Assembly (NCBI GenBank): GCA_963666985.2
Contig: CAXXIA010000002.1
Location: 608,001-672,000, forward strand
From: Spirochaetia bacterium
Lineage (GTDB): Bacteria; Spirochaetota; Spirochaetia; DSM-2461
Direction: 5' to 3'
DNA: 64,000 nucleotides
In this document: piece after piece, positions 17,785 through 27,522 of the stretch
Position numbering within the stretch: the first letter of the stretch is position 1
Layout: each line of letters opens with the position of its first letter
Notes under the pieces: model-generated
Told to the model about the DNA's origin: nothing
Databases searched by the model: none
Seen by the model: the letters and a program-made list of their open reading frames with translations, nothing else
Program-made: the position numbers and the translations under genes

Positions 17785-18489
17785 GTGGATACATCACTGT
17801 TCCGGCCGCTCTCGGCCGTCAGTCTGAAAGACGAATTCATCCTGAGGATGGAAGAGCTGATCTTCGATGGAGATTTGAAGAACGGCGACAAGCTTCCCCC
17901 GGAGCGCGAGCTGGCCCGGCTGTTCGGAATCTCCCGGCCCGTGGTTCACGAAGGGATTCTGGCTTTGGAATCACGGGGATTGGTTCGAATCAGGCCGAGG
18001 CACGGAGTGGTGGTACGGGATTACCGGAGAAGCGGGACTCTGGATTTACTCCTCTCTCTCCTCAACCGGCCGGAGCACGAAATCGGGCCGTTCATCGCGC
18101 GGGATTTGGAACGGGTCCGCATCAAAATGGAACAGGATATGACGCAGCTCATTTGTGAATCGCCGAAAGACATTAAAGAAGAACTTCGGGAGCTGTCGGA
18201 AATCAACGAATCAATGAAAGGACTCGGCAATCCGGAGGAAATCGCAAGGGAGGATTACCGGTTTCACCTGGTGCTGGCTTTGGCTTCGGGAAACGCCGTT
18301 TACGCCCTCTTGATGAACACGCTGAAACCGGCGCATATGCATCTTCTCGGCCGGTTTTATCGGAATCCGTCGGTTCTGGAACGCGTAATCGCCTATCATG
18401 AAAAGTTCATAGAACTCCTTGAAAACAAACGGCTTGATGCGCTTATGGCGCTGATTGAACAAGCCGACTCCTACAAGGGTTACCTATAA
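17785..18489 (+). CDS. FadR/GntR-family regulator with FCD domain
   Basis: GDKLPPERELARLFGISRPVVHE; DYRFHLVLALASGN. Confidence 0.92.
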   Translation: MDTSLFRPLSAVSLKDEFILRMEELIFDGDLKNGDKLPPERELARLFGISRPVVHEGILALESRGLVRIRPRHGVVVRDYRRSGTLDLLLSLLNRPEHEIGPFIARDLERVRIKMEQDMTQLICESPKDIKEELRELSEINESMKGLGNPEEIAREDYRFHLVLALASGNAVYALLMNTLKPAHMHLLGRFYRNPSVLERVIAYHEKFIELLENKRLDALMALIEQADSYKGYL

Positions 18490-18578
18490 TCACAATTCGC
18501 CCCGGGTTACGGCACAGCGGAGAAGTCTTCCTCGGAAATCGAAATATGATACAATGCCGCCTCCGGAGGAAATTAGCG

Positions 18579-18857
18579 ATGAGCATGCATGAGGATTGTC
18601 CCGACTTCGACCCTTCGGCCGTCTACGCTCCGCAGGGTGATGCCGAAGAATTGAGGGAACTTGCCTTCGCCAAGATGCCTTACGGAAAATACGCAGGGAG
18701 ATACCTCGTGGATCTGCCGGAACAATATCTCATCTGGTTCGAGAACAAGGGTTTTCCCAACGGTCGTTTGGGAGAACAAATGGCGGCGATCCGGGAAATC
18801 CAGATGAACGGCCTGGAGCATCTGCTCCGCTCCCTTCATTCCCGTCCGAGATTCTGA
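18579..18857 (+). CDS. DUF3820-family protein
   Basis: MPYGKYAGRYLVDLPEQYLIWF...GFPNGRLG...NGLEHLL; GGAGG RBS before the ATG at 18579. Confidence 0.8.
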   Translation: MSMHEDCPDFDPSAVYAPQGDAEELRELAFAKMPYGKYAGRYLVDLPEQYLIWFENKGFPNGRLGEQMAAIREIQMNGLEHLLRSLHSRPRF

Positions 18858-19134
18858 CTCTCCGAACCTGATGCCGAATTGCAGGATGAACTTCAGCCGG
18901 ATTTGAACAGGCCGTCTTCTCCACGGTCCGCCAAGAGTCCATATTCTTAACCGTAATTACGGCACCGAAAAAGTCTCCGTTTCGGTTCATTAATACGTCA
19001 ATTGAGACAATTACGCCATCCATTCAATGATACCCGCCAATTCCACTTCTGTTGGTATTATAGAAATTCTCTATCATATTTCGAGCTGTTCGTTTTATTT
19101 ATTTTCACCACATAACGTTTTCATGAGATAAAAG

Positions 19135-19162
19135 TTGACTTCCCGCATAAATAACCTATAAT
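19135..19162 (+). promoter_or_regulatory. Sigma70-type promoter for the SDR gene
   Basis: TTGACT-N16-TATAAT with an AT-rich upstream region. Confidence 0.55.
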
Positions 19163-19223
19163 AATTTCATTCTTTACACACGCTTATTCGGCGGAAAAGA
19201 AATCACTATTCAGGAGATGAAAA

Positions 19224-19979
19224 ATGAAATTAATTGATAAAGTTGTTTTGGTAACAGGAGCCGGATCGGGATTGGGACGCGCTTCCGCCCTTGCTTTTGC
19301 AGAGGAAGGAGCGAAAGTCGTTGCCGCCGATATCGATCAAAAGGCCGGAGAAGAAGCTTCCTCTCTTATCAACGAACGAGGCGGTCAAGCCATTTTTGTA
19401 AAAACCGATATTACGAATGAGGCAAGTGTTAAGGCTTTGATTGATACCGTTATTCAAACTTATGGGAAACTGGACTGCGCCCACAACAATGCCGGCATCA
19501 TGATCGGCGGTCCGATAATCGATATCGACGAGAAAGACTGGGACAAACTGATGAGCATTAATCTTAAGGGAACATGGCTGTGCATGAAGCATGAGCTGAT
19601 TCATATGCTGACGAATCAGGAAGGAGTCATCATTAATACCGCATCGGCGGCGGGTTTGTCGGCTTCGCCCAATACGGCCCTTTACGGTACCAGCAAATGG
19701 GGAGTAAACGGATTAACGAAATCCGCGGCCATTGAGTATGCCAGGCAGGGCATAAGGGTTAATTCCATCTGTCCCGCGGGCATGAAGGGAACAAAGATGT
19801 GGCTTGATACATTTGAACAAGATCCGGCCTTATCGGCGCAGCTTACCGAATCCGTTCCCATGGGCCGAGACACATCCCCTGAAGAGGTTGCAAAAGTCGT
19901 TGTCTGGTTATGCACGGATAATGCATCATTTATAACAGGGGTTAATATGCCGGTAGATGGAGGGATGTCCTCCCTCTGA
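19224..19979 (+). CDS. Short-chain dehydrogenase/reductase
   Basis: TGAGSGLG, NNAG, YGTSK catalytic motif, VDGG. Confidence 0.95.
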   Translation: MKLIDKVVLVTGAGSGLGRASALAFAEEGAKVVAADIDQKAGEEASSLINERGGQAIFVKTDITNEASVKALIDTVIQTYGKLDCAHNNAGIMIGGPIIDIDEKDWDKLMSINLKGTWLCMKHELIHMLTNQEGVIINTASAAGLSASPNTALYGTSKWGVNGLTKSAAIEYARQGIRVNSICPAGMKGTKMWLDTFEQDPALSAQLTESVPMGRDTSPEEVAKVVVWLCTDNASFITGVNMPVDGGMSSL

Positions 19980-20135
19980 CGATATTCTTCACAACAAAAA
20001 GGATTATTGGGTATCTTCGTTCTAAGATCTCCCTGGAAAATCGTATGGACTTTCAAGGGAGATATCATAAAAAATACGAAGAGAATAAATAACTTCCGTC
20101 ATCTTTATGCCGTTATTCGGTGCGGGGTACACATT

Positions 20136-21044
20136 GTGATTGATAAAACAAGTTTTAAGATAATGAACGAATTGCGAAAAGACGGCCGTGCGACAAATGT
20201 CGAGATAGCGCGTAAGCTGGGAATAAATGTCGCTACCGTGGCAAAAAAAATCAATTCCATTATCGAAAAAGGGATGATCGTTATTAACGCGATGCCGGAT
20301 CCCATTATTATGGGATACAGAGTAAAAGCCCTTATCGGTCTAGAAGCCGAACCGAAACAAATTGACACCGTCTGCAGCTTCCTTCAACAAGACCCTCACG
20401 TACATATGGTCAGTTCATGTCTTGGAAGATTTGATATTCTCGCCATCGTATTCTTTGAAAACATCGTACTTCTTCAGGAATATTTAAAAAATGATCTACC
20501 GAAAATTAACGGTATCAATCATTTTGACGTTTTCTTTATGTCCGACTATAAGCGCGATTTAAACACGATGGAAGATCCCTCGGGAACAGGACAGATTCCC
20601 GCACTTGACGATCTTGATAAAAAAATCATCGCCGAACTTATCCGCAACGGAAGACCGAATTATGCCGACATGGCGGAAAAGCTGCAAACCAGCAAACCGA
20701 CGATTTCACGAAGAATAACAAATCTCCTCAAAGATAAAATCATTCAAATAATTGCTATTCCCAATTCATCTAAAATCGGTTTTACGGCGAATGCATATGT
20801 CCTGATCAAAGTACAGCCTGCGATGACCGAGGGAATCTGTGAAAAGTTAAAAACGTTTGAAGAAATACATATCATGATGCGGGTTATGCAGGGTTTTGAT
20901 ATATTCCTTGGGATTTATTCGTTTAATCTTGATACTTTGTACAAATTCCTGCACACAACGATTGGAAGCATGGACGGTATAATTAAAATCGAGACCTTTA
21001 TTTGCGGTGAATTTTTCTACTTAAAACACTGCACGCTGAGATAA
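20136..21044 (+). CDS. Tandem (double) Lrp/AsnC-family regulator; start uncertain
   Basis: Two HTH+RAM units: ELRKDGRATNVEIARKLG and ELIRNGRPNYADMAEKL. Confidence 0.85.
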   Translation: MIDKTSFKIMNELRKDGRATNVEIARKLGINVATVAKKINSIIEKGMIVINAMPDPIIMGYRVKALIGLEAEPKQIDTVCSFLQQDPHVHMVSSCLGRFDILAIVFFENIVLLQEYLKNDLPKINGINHFDVFFMSDYKRDLNTMEDPSGTGQIPALDDLDKKIIAELIRNGRPNYADMAEKLQTSKPTISRRITNLLKDKIIQIIAIPNSSKIGFTANAYVLIKVQPAMTEGICEKLKTFEEIHIMMRVMQGFDIFLGIYSFNLDTLYKFLHTTIGSMDGIIKIETFICGEFFYLKHCTLR

Positions 21045-21046
21045 AA

Positions 21047-21080
21047 AAGCTGTTTTTTCATAACTATAAAAAAACAGCTT
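21047..21080. terminator. Bidirectional terminator-like hairpin between convergent genes
   Basis: AAGCTGTTTTTT-cataactata-AAAAAACAGCTT. Confidence 0.6.
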
Positions 21081-21099
21081 ATATCCATAATCGGTAACA

Positions 21100-21771
21100 T
21101 TATAAATCTATAAAATCCGGGGGCAATGGGAGTCCGTCATAATGCCCGATCTTACCGGTATAGGGCTGATGAAAGCTTGTCGGTGCATCCGGTTTAATCA
21201 TCTCTTCTTCCTTCGTGCCCTTAACATCGCTTCCTTCAATAACAGGTTCCTCAACCCAGCCCTTATCATAGGAAGTTCTGAAAATCAGGTGCGCCCTAAA
21301 CTCAAGGAATTTCCATTGGCCGTCTTCCCGAACGAATTTTTGATTGTACTTCATGCACTGCCAGATGGCCACAACGCCTTTTTCGGGGTCTAAAAAAGTA
21401 TTCGCGCCCAAGTGCAGCCACATTCCTTTAGCGGTATTTCCATCTTCCAGAATCTGAATAACCGGGGTTGTAAGCTCATGAACGGCACAATTCCCTTCAT
21501 AATTATACAATTTGCCGAGAACTTCGATAAAAACCCGTCTTACGCCTTCAATTCCATGGAACTCACCGCTGCCGCCCAATTCGGCTTTTACACCGGGAGT
21601 TTTTTGGGCGAATAAGTCATCACAGATTTTCTCCCAATAATGCCCCAGCGCCAAATGATTGTACCTTCCGTGCAGATTCGCTATTTCCACCCAATCCCTG
21701 GCGATACGCCCGTTCTTCTCGGCTTCCTCAATTCTCTTTAATAAACTTTCATATTCCGTCGATTCAACCAT
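21100..21771 (-). CDS. SnoaL-like/NTF2-fold protein
   Basis: EIANLHGRY, HELTTPVIQILEDGNTAKGMW, FVREDGQWKF. Confidence 0.8.
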   Translation of the reverse strand: MVESTEYESLLKRIEEAEKNGRIARDWVEIANLHGRYNHLALGHYWEKICDDLFAQKTPGVKAELGGSGEFHGIEGVRRVFIEVLGKLYNYEGNCAVHELTTPVIQILEDGNTAKGMWLHLGANTFLDPEKGVVAIWQCMKYNQKFVREDGQWKFLEFRAHLIFRTSYDKGWVEEPVIEGSDVKGTKEEEMIKPDAPTSFHQPYTGKIGHYDGLPLPPDFIDL

Positions 21772-21816
21772 ATATAAATACTCCTCATTATGTTGTTCAG
21801 CGATGGTTAACAGTCA

Positions 21817-23112
21817 TCACATAAGCTGCGGTAGAAACAAAATAATCTGCGGAAATATCATTAAGATAATGATGCAAATAATCATTGTGACGACAAAGGG
21901 CAGAACCCCTCTGAAAATCGTCTGTATCGGTACATCGATAACCCCCGCCAAAGTAAAGGCATCCAAACCGACGGGAGGAGTAACCAATCCTATTTGAACA
22001 AGCATCGTGATAATGACGCCGAACCATATGGGATCAAAACCGAGAGCCGTAACGGCGGGGAAAATAATGGGCACGGTAATAATGATGGCCGAAAGGATGT
22101 CGAGGAACATTCCCAATACGATGTACAAGATTCCTATTCCCGCCATAACGGCCATCGGCGGAATCGGAAGACTTGTTATCGATTGACTCAGCACATAGGG
22201 TAATTTACTCACGGTAAAAAACTTCATAAGGATATAAGCGCCAATCATTAAAAAGAAAACCATAGCCGCCGTTTGTCCTGTTTCCAGAAGTGATTCATAA
22301 AGAATCTTAAAAGTTAGTCGCTTCTTAATAATCGATATGATAATCACAATGAATGTACCTACGGCTCCCGCTTCCGTGGGAGTAAAAACCCCTCCGTAGA
22401 TTCCTCCGAGAATTACAATAAAAAGAAGTACGACGGGCCAGGTTTTCTTAAGGGAAACGACTTTTTCCTTAAAAGTCGTTTTGGCGCCCGCGGGGCCGGC
22501 TTCGGGATTCCGCAGAGTTATCACCGAAATGGTGATGATAAACATGATGGAAAGAATGATTCCGGGAAGAATTCCTCCGATAAACAGCTTCCCGACCGGA
22601 ACGGATGTGAGAATCCCAAATATGATAAACGCCATACTGGGAGGGATAAGAATTGACATTGTCCCGGCACAAGCTATTGAACCCGTCGCCAGTTTATCAT
22701 CGTATTTATACTTTCTCATCTCGGGGACCGCCACCTTGCCCATGGTAACAACGGCTGGAGCGCTTATACCGGTGATTGCCGCAAAAAGGGCGCACGCGAG
22801 AACCGAAGCCATGGCCAAACCGCCTCGGAAACGACCGACCCAAGCGTAAGCGCTTTCGTATAATTCGGCACCGACTCCCGTATGAAAAAGCAGGATTCCC
22901 ATGAATATAAACAAAGGGACCGCGGAGAGAGGATAGTGGGCCACCGTTGAAAAGGGAACCTGCGCAATCATGGCACAGGCGGGCTTCAATCCGATAATCA
23001 GCGCATATCCGACAAACCCGACAATGGCCATGGAAACACCGATCCACATACGGGAAAATAAAAGAATAATCAGCACAATCAAGCCGATGATTCCGAGTGT
23101 TATCGAACTCAT
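21817..23112 (-). CDS. dctM: TRAP transporter large permease
   Basis: AVPLFIFMG, RGGLAMA, LIPPS, FTPTEAGA, DPIWFG, TPPVG. Confidence 0.95.
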   Translation of the reverse strand: MSSITLGIIGLIVLIILLFSRMWIGVSMAIVGFVGYALIIGLKPACAMIAQVPFSTVAHYPLSAVPLFIFMGILLFHTGVGAELYESAYAWVGRFRGGLAMASVLACALFAAITGISAPAVVTMGKVAVPEMRKYKYDDKLATGSIACAGTMSILIPPSMAFIIFGILTSVPVGKLFIGGILPGIILSIMFIITISVITLRNPEAGPAGAKTTFKEKVVSLKKTWPVVLLFIVILGGIYGGVFTPTEAGAVGTFIVIIISIIKKRLTFKILYESLLETGQTAAMVFFLMIGAYILMKFFTVSKLPYVLSQSITSLPIPPMAVMAGIGILYIVLGMFLDILSAIIITVPIIFPAVTALGFDPIWFGVIITMLVQIGLVTPPVGLDAFTLAGVIDVPIQTIFRGVLPFVVTMIICIIILMIFPQIILFLPQLM

Positions 23113-23588
23113 GCGATATCTCCTTTTATGATTTTCCCTACCTTTTCAATAATGATGGCGATCATGGATATGCAAAGAAGAGCAAAACCGATTGTCATAA
23201 TCAGTTGAAACGGATAATGCGGTAAATTGAGCAGCGTGCTCTTTATGTGTGTGGAATGCATTGCATCCTTCAGGCTTTCAAACGTTATAAGAATCATTAT
23301 GAGCAAACCTGCCGATAAGGTGATGCAGTCCAGAACGGCCTGCACCCTTTTGGGGAAATGAGAAACAATGATATCGACACTGACATGGGAACCGGATAAG
23401 GCACACCACGATAGAGAAGGGAAAACAATAATAACAATGATAAATTCCGTTAAATCGGTAACTCCTCTAATGGGAGAATTAAAGAAATAACGCAGAAAGA
23501 CATCGACCACAGTCAATAATGTCAGGGGAAGAAGTAATGAGGATCCTGCAATGCAGAATGCTTTGCTGATGGAATTCAAACGCTTCAT
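23109..23588 (-). CDS. dctQ: TRAP transporter small permease
   Basis: DVFLRYFFNSPI, HVSVDII; four TM helices; overlaps dctM. Confidence 0.9.
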   Translation of the reverse strand: MKRLNSISKAFCIAGSSLLLPLTLLTVVDVFLRYFFNSPIRGVTDLTEFIIVIIVFPSLSWCALSGSHVSVDIIVSHFPKRVQAVLDCITLSAGLLIMILITFESLKDAMHSTHIKSTLLNLPHYPFQLIMTIGFALLCISMIAIIIEKVGKIIKGDIA

Positions 23589-23694
23589 TTCACGTACCTT
23601 TTCATGAGAAACATTTTCTTTAAGGAATAATCATTTTCGAGGCACAATCCGACCGGCCGGCTTAAAACCGGACGATCATATTGTGCCTACATTA

Positions 23695-24759
23695 TCACTT
23701 ATATTCCGCAACCAATCTCAGCGCTTCATCATATACTGCCTGACCGGGAAGCCCCTTGGCCTCACAGTCGTCAATCCATTGCTGATGCACCGAATCCATA
23801 ACGAGATTTTTCCATTCTTCAATTTGAGCATCCGTCAGATTGATCATGGTATGGTTCATCTCCTTAATATGATTCATAACCTTCGGCTGCTCTTCACCGA
23901 ATTCATATTCACAGAATTTATCCAGCCAAACCTGCTTCGCATCGTAAAAGATTTCTTGAAGATCCGCGGGAAGACTGTTCAACTTTTCTTCATTCATAAT
24001 AATCGTCATAGGAAGCGCACTGATTCCGCCTTTTCCAAAAACCGTGTGATACTTCGGTATTTCAAGAACACCCCAGGCATTCAGGGCAAAAAAATGATTC
24101 AAAACACCGTCAACGAGGCCCCGTTCAAAGGACAAATACATGTCTTCAACCTTAATGTTAACCGGAGTTCCTCCGAGAGCGGTAACGGTAGCACCGGGCA
24201 TAGCTTCCGAAGTCTGAATCTTAAGACCTTTTAAATCCGCCGGTGTATAAACGGGTTTTGCAGCCGTATGAATATGGGTTCCGGGCATCATGACATACGT
24301 CATCGGCCTTACACCCTTCCATTCACCCATCATTTCGGGAAATTCCGAAAGAAGTTTCTCATAGATTTCAGTGCTTTCCAGCTGAGACGGCCAACCCATA
24401 AAGGGGAGTCCCACAACCTGATTCAGCAGAAAACCTTCCCGTCCGTCCAGAACATATTGTGCGACATCCGCGATGCCTTCCTGAACGCCGCGATACGCCT
24501 CCGTTCCTTTCAAAAGGGAACCGCCGAGATGAACGTTCATTATTATTCGGCCGTTGGACTGTTCTTCAATCCAAGCCGCCCAGTCGGCAAGAGCCTTTGC
24601 CGCGGGCATGACCGCCGGGCTGTGTCCGCTGACGGTAAACACATACACTTTGTCTTCCGCGGCTCCGGCCTCCTCGCTGCCTCCCGCATACAAGGCCGAT
24701 ACCGACAGAAGCAGAGCAATCGCGATAAATAAACTGATTTTCAACCCTTTAAATTTCAT
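23695..24759 (-). CDS. dctP: TRAP transporter substrate-binding protein
   Basis: Signal peptide; IEEQSNGRI, GIADVA, ADLKGLKI, ALGGTPV, ERGLVDG. Confidence 0.92.
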   Translation of the reverse strand: MKFKGLKISLFIAIALLLSVSALYAGGSEEAGAAEDKVYVFTVSGHSPAVMPAAKALADWAAWIEEQSNGRIIMNVHLGGSLLKGTEAYRGVQEGIADVAQYVLDGREGFLLNQVVGLPFMGWPSQLESTEIYEKLLSEFPEMMGEWKGVRPMTYVMMPGTHIHTAAKPVYTPADLKGLKIQTSEAMPGATVTALGGTPVNIKVEDMYLSFERGLVDGVLNHFFALNAWGVLEIPKYHTVFGKGGISALPMTIIMNEEKLNSLPADLQEIFYDAKQVWLDKFCEYEFGEEQPKVMNHIKEMNHTMINLTDAQIEEWKNLVMDSVHQQWIDDCEAKGLPGQAVYDEALRLVAEYK

Positions 24760-24866
24760 TCTCTTCTCCTTTTCACATTTACCTTGGACTTAATTTTCTT
24801 GATTCTTTTACGAATCGTTTTTACAACATCCAATTTTCCATCAGCATCGGAATCAGGAAATTGCAG

Positions 24867-25313
24867 TCAGCTTTCGGAATGCAGTTTTTCCAAGGCCTTC
24901 AGTCCGGCCTGAACTACCCGCGCATCCTCAAAACCCTCACGGCCGCTGGCCGCAATACCGCCGATAATGTTTCCCTCTTTATCCTTAATGGGGAAACCTC
25001 CTTCAACGGGACAAATTCTTCCGGTTTGAACAAAAGTCCCCAGATCAAAAACAAAGTCCCTGCTTATAAACTTTCCGACATCTTCCGAAGTTCCCAAACC
25101 CTTGCACTGAATCGTAGTAAAGGCTTTGTTTTCAGCCATAATTCTCGGGCCCGTGGCGGCTCCGTCCATCCGAGCGAACGCGACAAGAACCCCCGACAGA
25201 TCAACAATGGCCATTGCCATGGGCAATCCGGGTTCCGTAACCGAAGCGTACTCCAGCATGGCGTCCATCATGACGCGGGCTTCCTGCAAGTCCACAGTAT
25301 TTGCTTTTATCAT
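24867..25313 (-). CDS. GlcG/HbpS-family (heme-binding) protein
   Basis: AIVDLSG...RMDGA...AENKAFT; GGFPI...IGGIAASG...ED. Confidence 0.88.
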   Translation of the reverse strand: MIKANTVDLQEARVMMDAMLEYASVTEPGLPMAMAIVDLSGVLVAFARMDGAATGPRIMAENKAFTTIQCKGLGTSEDVGKFISRDFVFDLGTFVQTGRICPVEGGFPIKDKEGNIIGGIAASGREGFEDARVVQAGLKALEKLHSES

Positions 25314-25866
25314 TAAACATACTCCTATTCATATATATCTTTTATTATGCAACAAAATATTGCTTTTATTTATTTTTTAAGAATTCATTTTATTTTCTTC
25401 GTGCAATTCAGATCTTAAGTGCCTGTTTCCTTATCTGTCAACAAAAATAATTATTTTTTATCGAATTATTGCAACTTTCAAATGATACTTATGGAAATAT
25501 AACATTTTGTTTCATTTTTATTCTATTTCACGCATTTTAATATTATTAACAAACTGAATATTATGATTCTATCGCAACAGTTTCGAAGGGTTCTCTTTTC
25601 ATGTTCGTAAAGTATGTTTTTCGGCCTCATTCACCCGGCGGTTCGGGTACGGAGCCGATTCCGAAAGCGGCATGGGATTTTGTTCGCCTAAAATCCTTAC
25701 GGCTTATAAAAAAAAGGGAGTTGAGATATCAAGCAAGGAGCCGCCCCTCGAAACGGGGCAAAGGTTGATAAGAATCTTCAGGCTATTCTTGTATCTATGC
25801 CGATGGAAATTCGACAGACTCCAACACCTGTTTCCGTTTTGGGCGGCGGCATGAGATACTTATCCC

Positions 25867-26205
25867 ATGAAAGACAAGGAATATTATTTTTCACGGACAA
25901 CAGGTATGAAAAAGCAGGTTGTCGAAGGCGATGTGGAACGATTCATCAAGACGGGTGAAAAAATCCAGGTAGTGGAATATCATTTTCCGCCGAATAAAGT
26001 GTTCCCGGAACATATCCATGAAGAACATGAACAGATGGGATATTTGGTTTCGGGAAAAATGGGATTCGACATAGGCGGTGTAAAAAAGGATCTGTACCCC
26101 GGAGACTGGTACCGCGCGCCCATCGGCGTACCGCATCACGGCTGGACGTATGAGGAACCTTCGGTACTGCTGGATATCTTCGGGCCTCCCCGTGATGATC
26201 TTTAA
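25867..26205 (+). CDS. Cupin domain protein
   Basis: HIHEEHEQMGYLVSG and PGDWYRAPIGVPH cupin motifs. Confidence 0.88.
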   Translation: MKDKEYYFSRTTGMKKQVVEGDVERFIKTGEKIQVVEYHFPPNKVFPEHIHEEHEQMGYLVSGKMGFDIGGVKKDLYPGDWYRAPIGVPHHGWTYEEPSVLLDIFGPPRDDL

Positions 26206-26297
26206 GTATCCGAATCACAACCCGTATAATACGATTCATAAAATGGAAAGCCGAACCGCTTTGTGTTTATATTCAAAGATACAAGGAGAAACGTAAA

Positions 26298-26789
26298 ATG
26301 AGTGATAACAATCCGTACAAGGCACCGGAAACAGTTGCCGCGGCTACGGCGGCCGGAGGCGACCTGGTTCTCCCGGAGAACATTCGCCAACCGATTCTTA
26401 AATCGGCGCCGTGGAAGCGATTTCTCGGAATTGTCTTGTTTATTTCATCGGGACTCTTAGTCGTCCTCGGTCTTCTGTTCATGGTAGGGGTTTCATTCCT
26501 CACCTCGGCGTTCGGCGCGGCGGGCCTGGGCGCGGGGATGTCGATTTTCATGGGTCTTATCTACATAGGCATGGGAGTTCTCTATCTTTTTCCGGGGCTT
26601 TACCTCTTCCGATCGGGAAAGGCGCTCAGGAGTTTTCAGGAGAGTACCGCCTCCGACGATCTGGCTTCATCGGCACAGTCAATGTCGAAGTTTTGGAAGT
26701 TCTGCGGGATTCTGGCCATCATCGGCCTTTCCTTCACGGCCGTCGCCATTGTCATAGCAATCATCGCCGCCATTATCGCCGCGATCTGA
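26298..26789 (+). CDS. Membrane protein (DUF5362-like)
   Basis: NPYKAP N-terminus, W.RFLGI, YLFPGLYL, KFWKFCGI; AGGAG RBS. Confidence 0.7.
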   Translation: MSDNNPYKAPETVAAATAAGGDLVLPENIRQPILKSAPWKRFLGIVLFISSGLLVVLGLLFMVGVSFLTSAFGAAGLGAGMSIFMGLIYIGMGVLYLFPGLYLFRSGKALRSFQESTASDDLASSAQSMSKFWKFCGILAIIGLSFTAVAIVIAIIAAIIAAI

Positions 26790-26796
26790 CGGAATT

Positions 26797-27522
26797 TTGG
26801 ACGAACCGGAAACAGACACTCGTCTGTCGGTGGTAAACCCCGAAGGCGTGGCCTATTCGCTGCGCCCCGCGGGGTTTATACCGCGTACCCTGGCCTACGC
26901 CTTGGATTCAATCATCATCTGGATCTTCCTTGCCGTTATCCTCGCTCTCGCTTCCGCCGCGGGCATGGATTCAGGGAATTGGCTGATTTTCCTGATCGCA
27001 TTCGCGGTGAATTGGTTCTACTTCACCATTTGGGAGATTTTCGGAAGAGGCGCCACTCCGGGCAAGCTTCTTTTCGGACTTAAGGTTGTCGCGGACGACG
27101 GTTCCCCGGTCTCTCCGGGCGCTTCATTCACACGGAATCTTCTGCGCTTCGCGGACGGATTTCTCGGGCTCTACATCATCGGGATTCTCTGCAGCATGTT
27201 CAGCCCCGGATTCAGGCGTCTTGGAGATTGGGGCGCCTCGACATTGGTGGTTTTGGTTCGTCCCAACCGGAGACTCGCAGGCCGAATCAACTTCCCCGAG
27301 ACCATCCTTCCTCGGACTTCCAAAACGCCGCTTAGGGGTGAAGAAAAAGCCCTGGTCCTCTCCTTTCTGAAACGCTGCAATCTCTTCGGAAAAGACAGAG
27401 CCGACGAAATCGCGTCCCGAATCGTTCCGGCCATCACTTCCGATTCAAAGGACGCCGCCAATCCCGGAGAATATCTTATCGGTCTGGGTCTTGGTCTTCT
27501 TGAAAAGGATGCCGGCCGATGA
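26797..27522 (+). CDS. RDD-family membrane protein
   Basis: PEGV, RTLAYALD, GATPGK, RNLLRFAD, RRLGD. Confidence 0.88.
   Translation: MDEPETDTRLSVVNPEGVAYSLRPAGFIPRTLAYALDSIIIWIFLAVILALASAAGMDSGNWLIFLIAFAVNWFYFTIWEIFGRGATPGKLLFGLKVVADDGSPVSPGASFTRNLLRFADGFLGLYIIGILCSMFSPGFRRLGDWGASTLVVLVRPNRRLAGRINFPETILPRTSKTPLRGEEKALVLSFLKRCNLFGKDRADEIASRIVPAITSDSKDAANPGEYLIGLGLGLLEKDAGR

Noticed and set aside
18860..19023. Minus-strand peptide VIVSIDVLMNRNGDFFGAVITVK resembling a PAS/PAC remnant at the islet edge
   Set aside because: Too short to support a pseudogene call, and the ORF runs antisense into the DUF3820 gene.
19030..25620. Islet as a bona fide mobile element
   Set aside because: No integrase, transposase, tRNA target or terminal repeats are visible; reported only as a compositional islet.
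25735..25770. GCCCC-tcgaaac-GGGGCAAAG hairpin resembling part of a c-di-GMP-I riboswitch
   Set aside because: It lacks the preceding GGCAAA(C) element and a second stem; only a short hairpin is supported.
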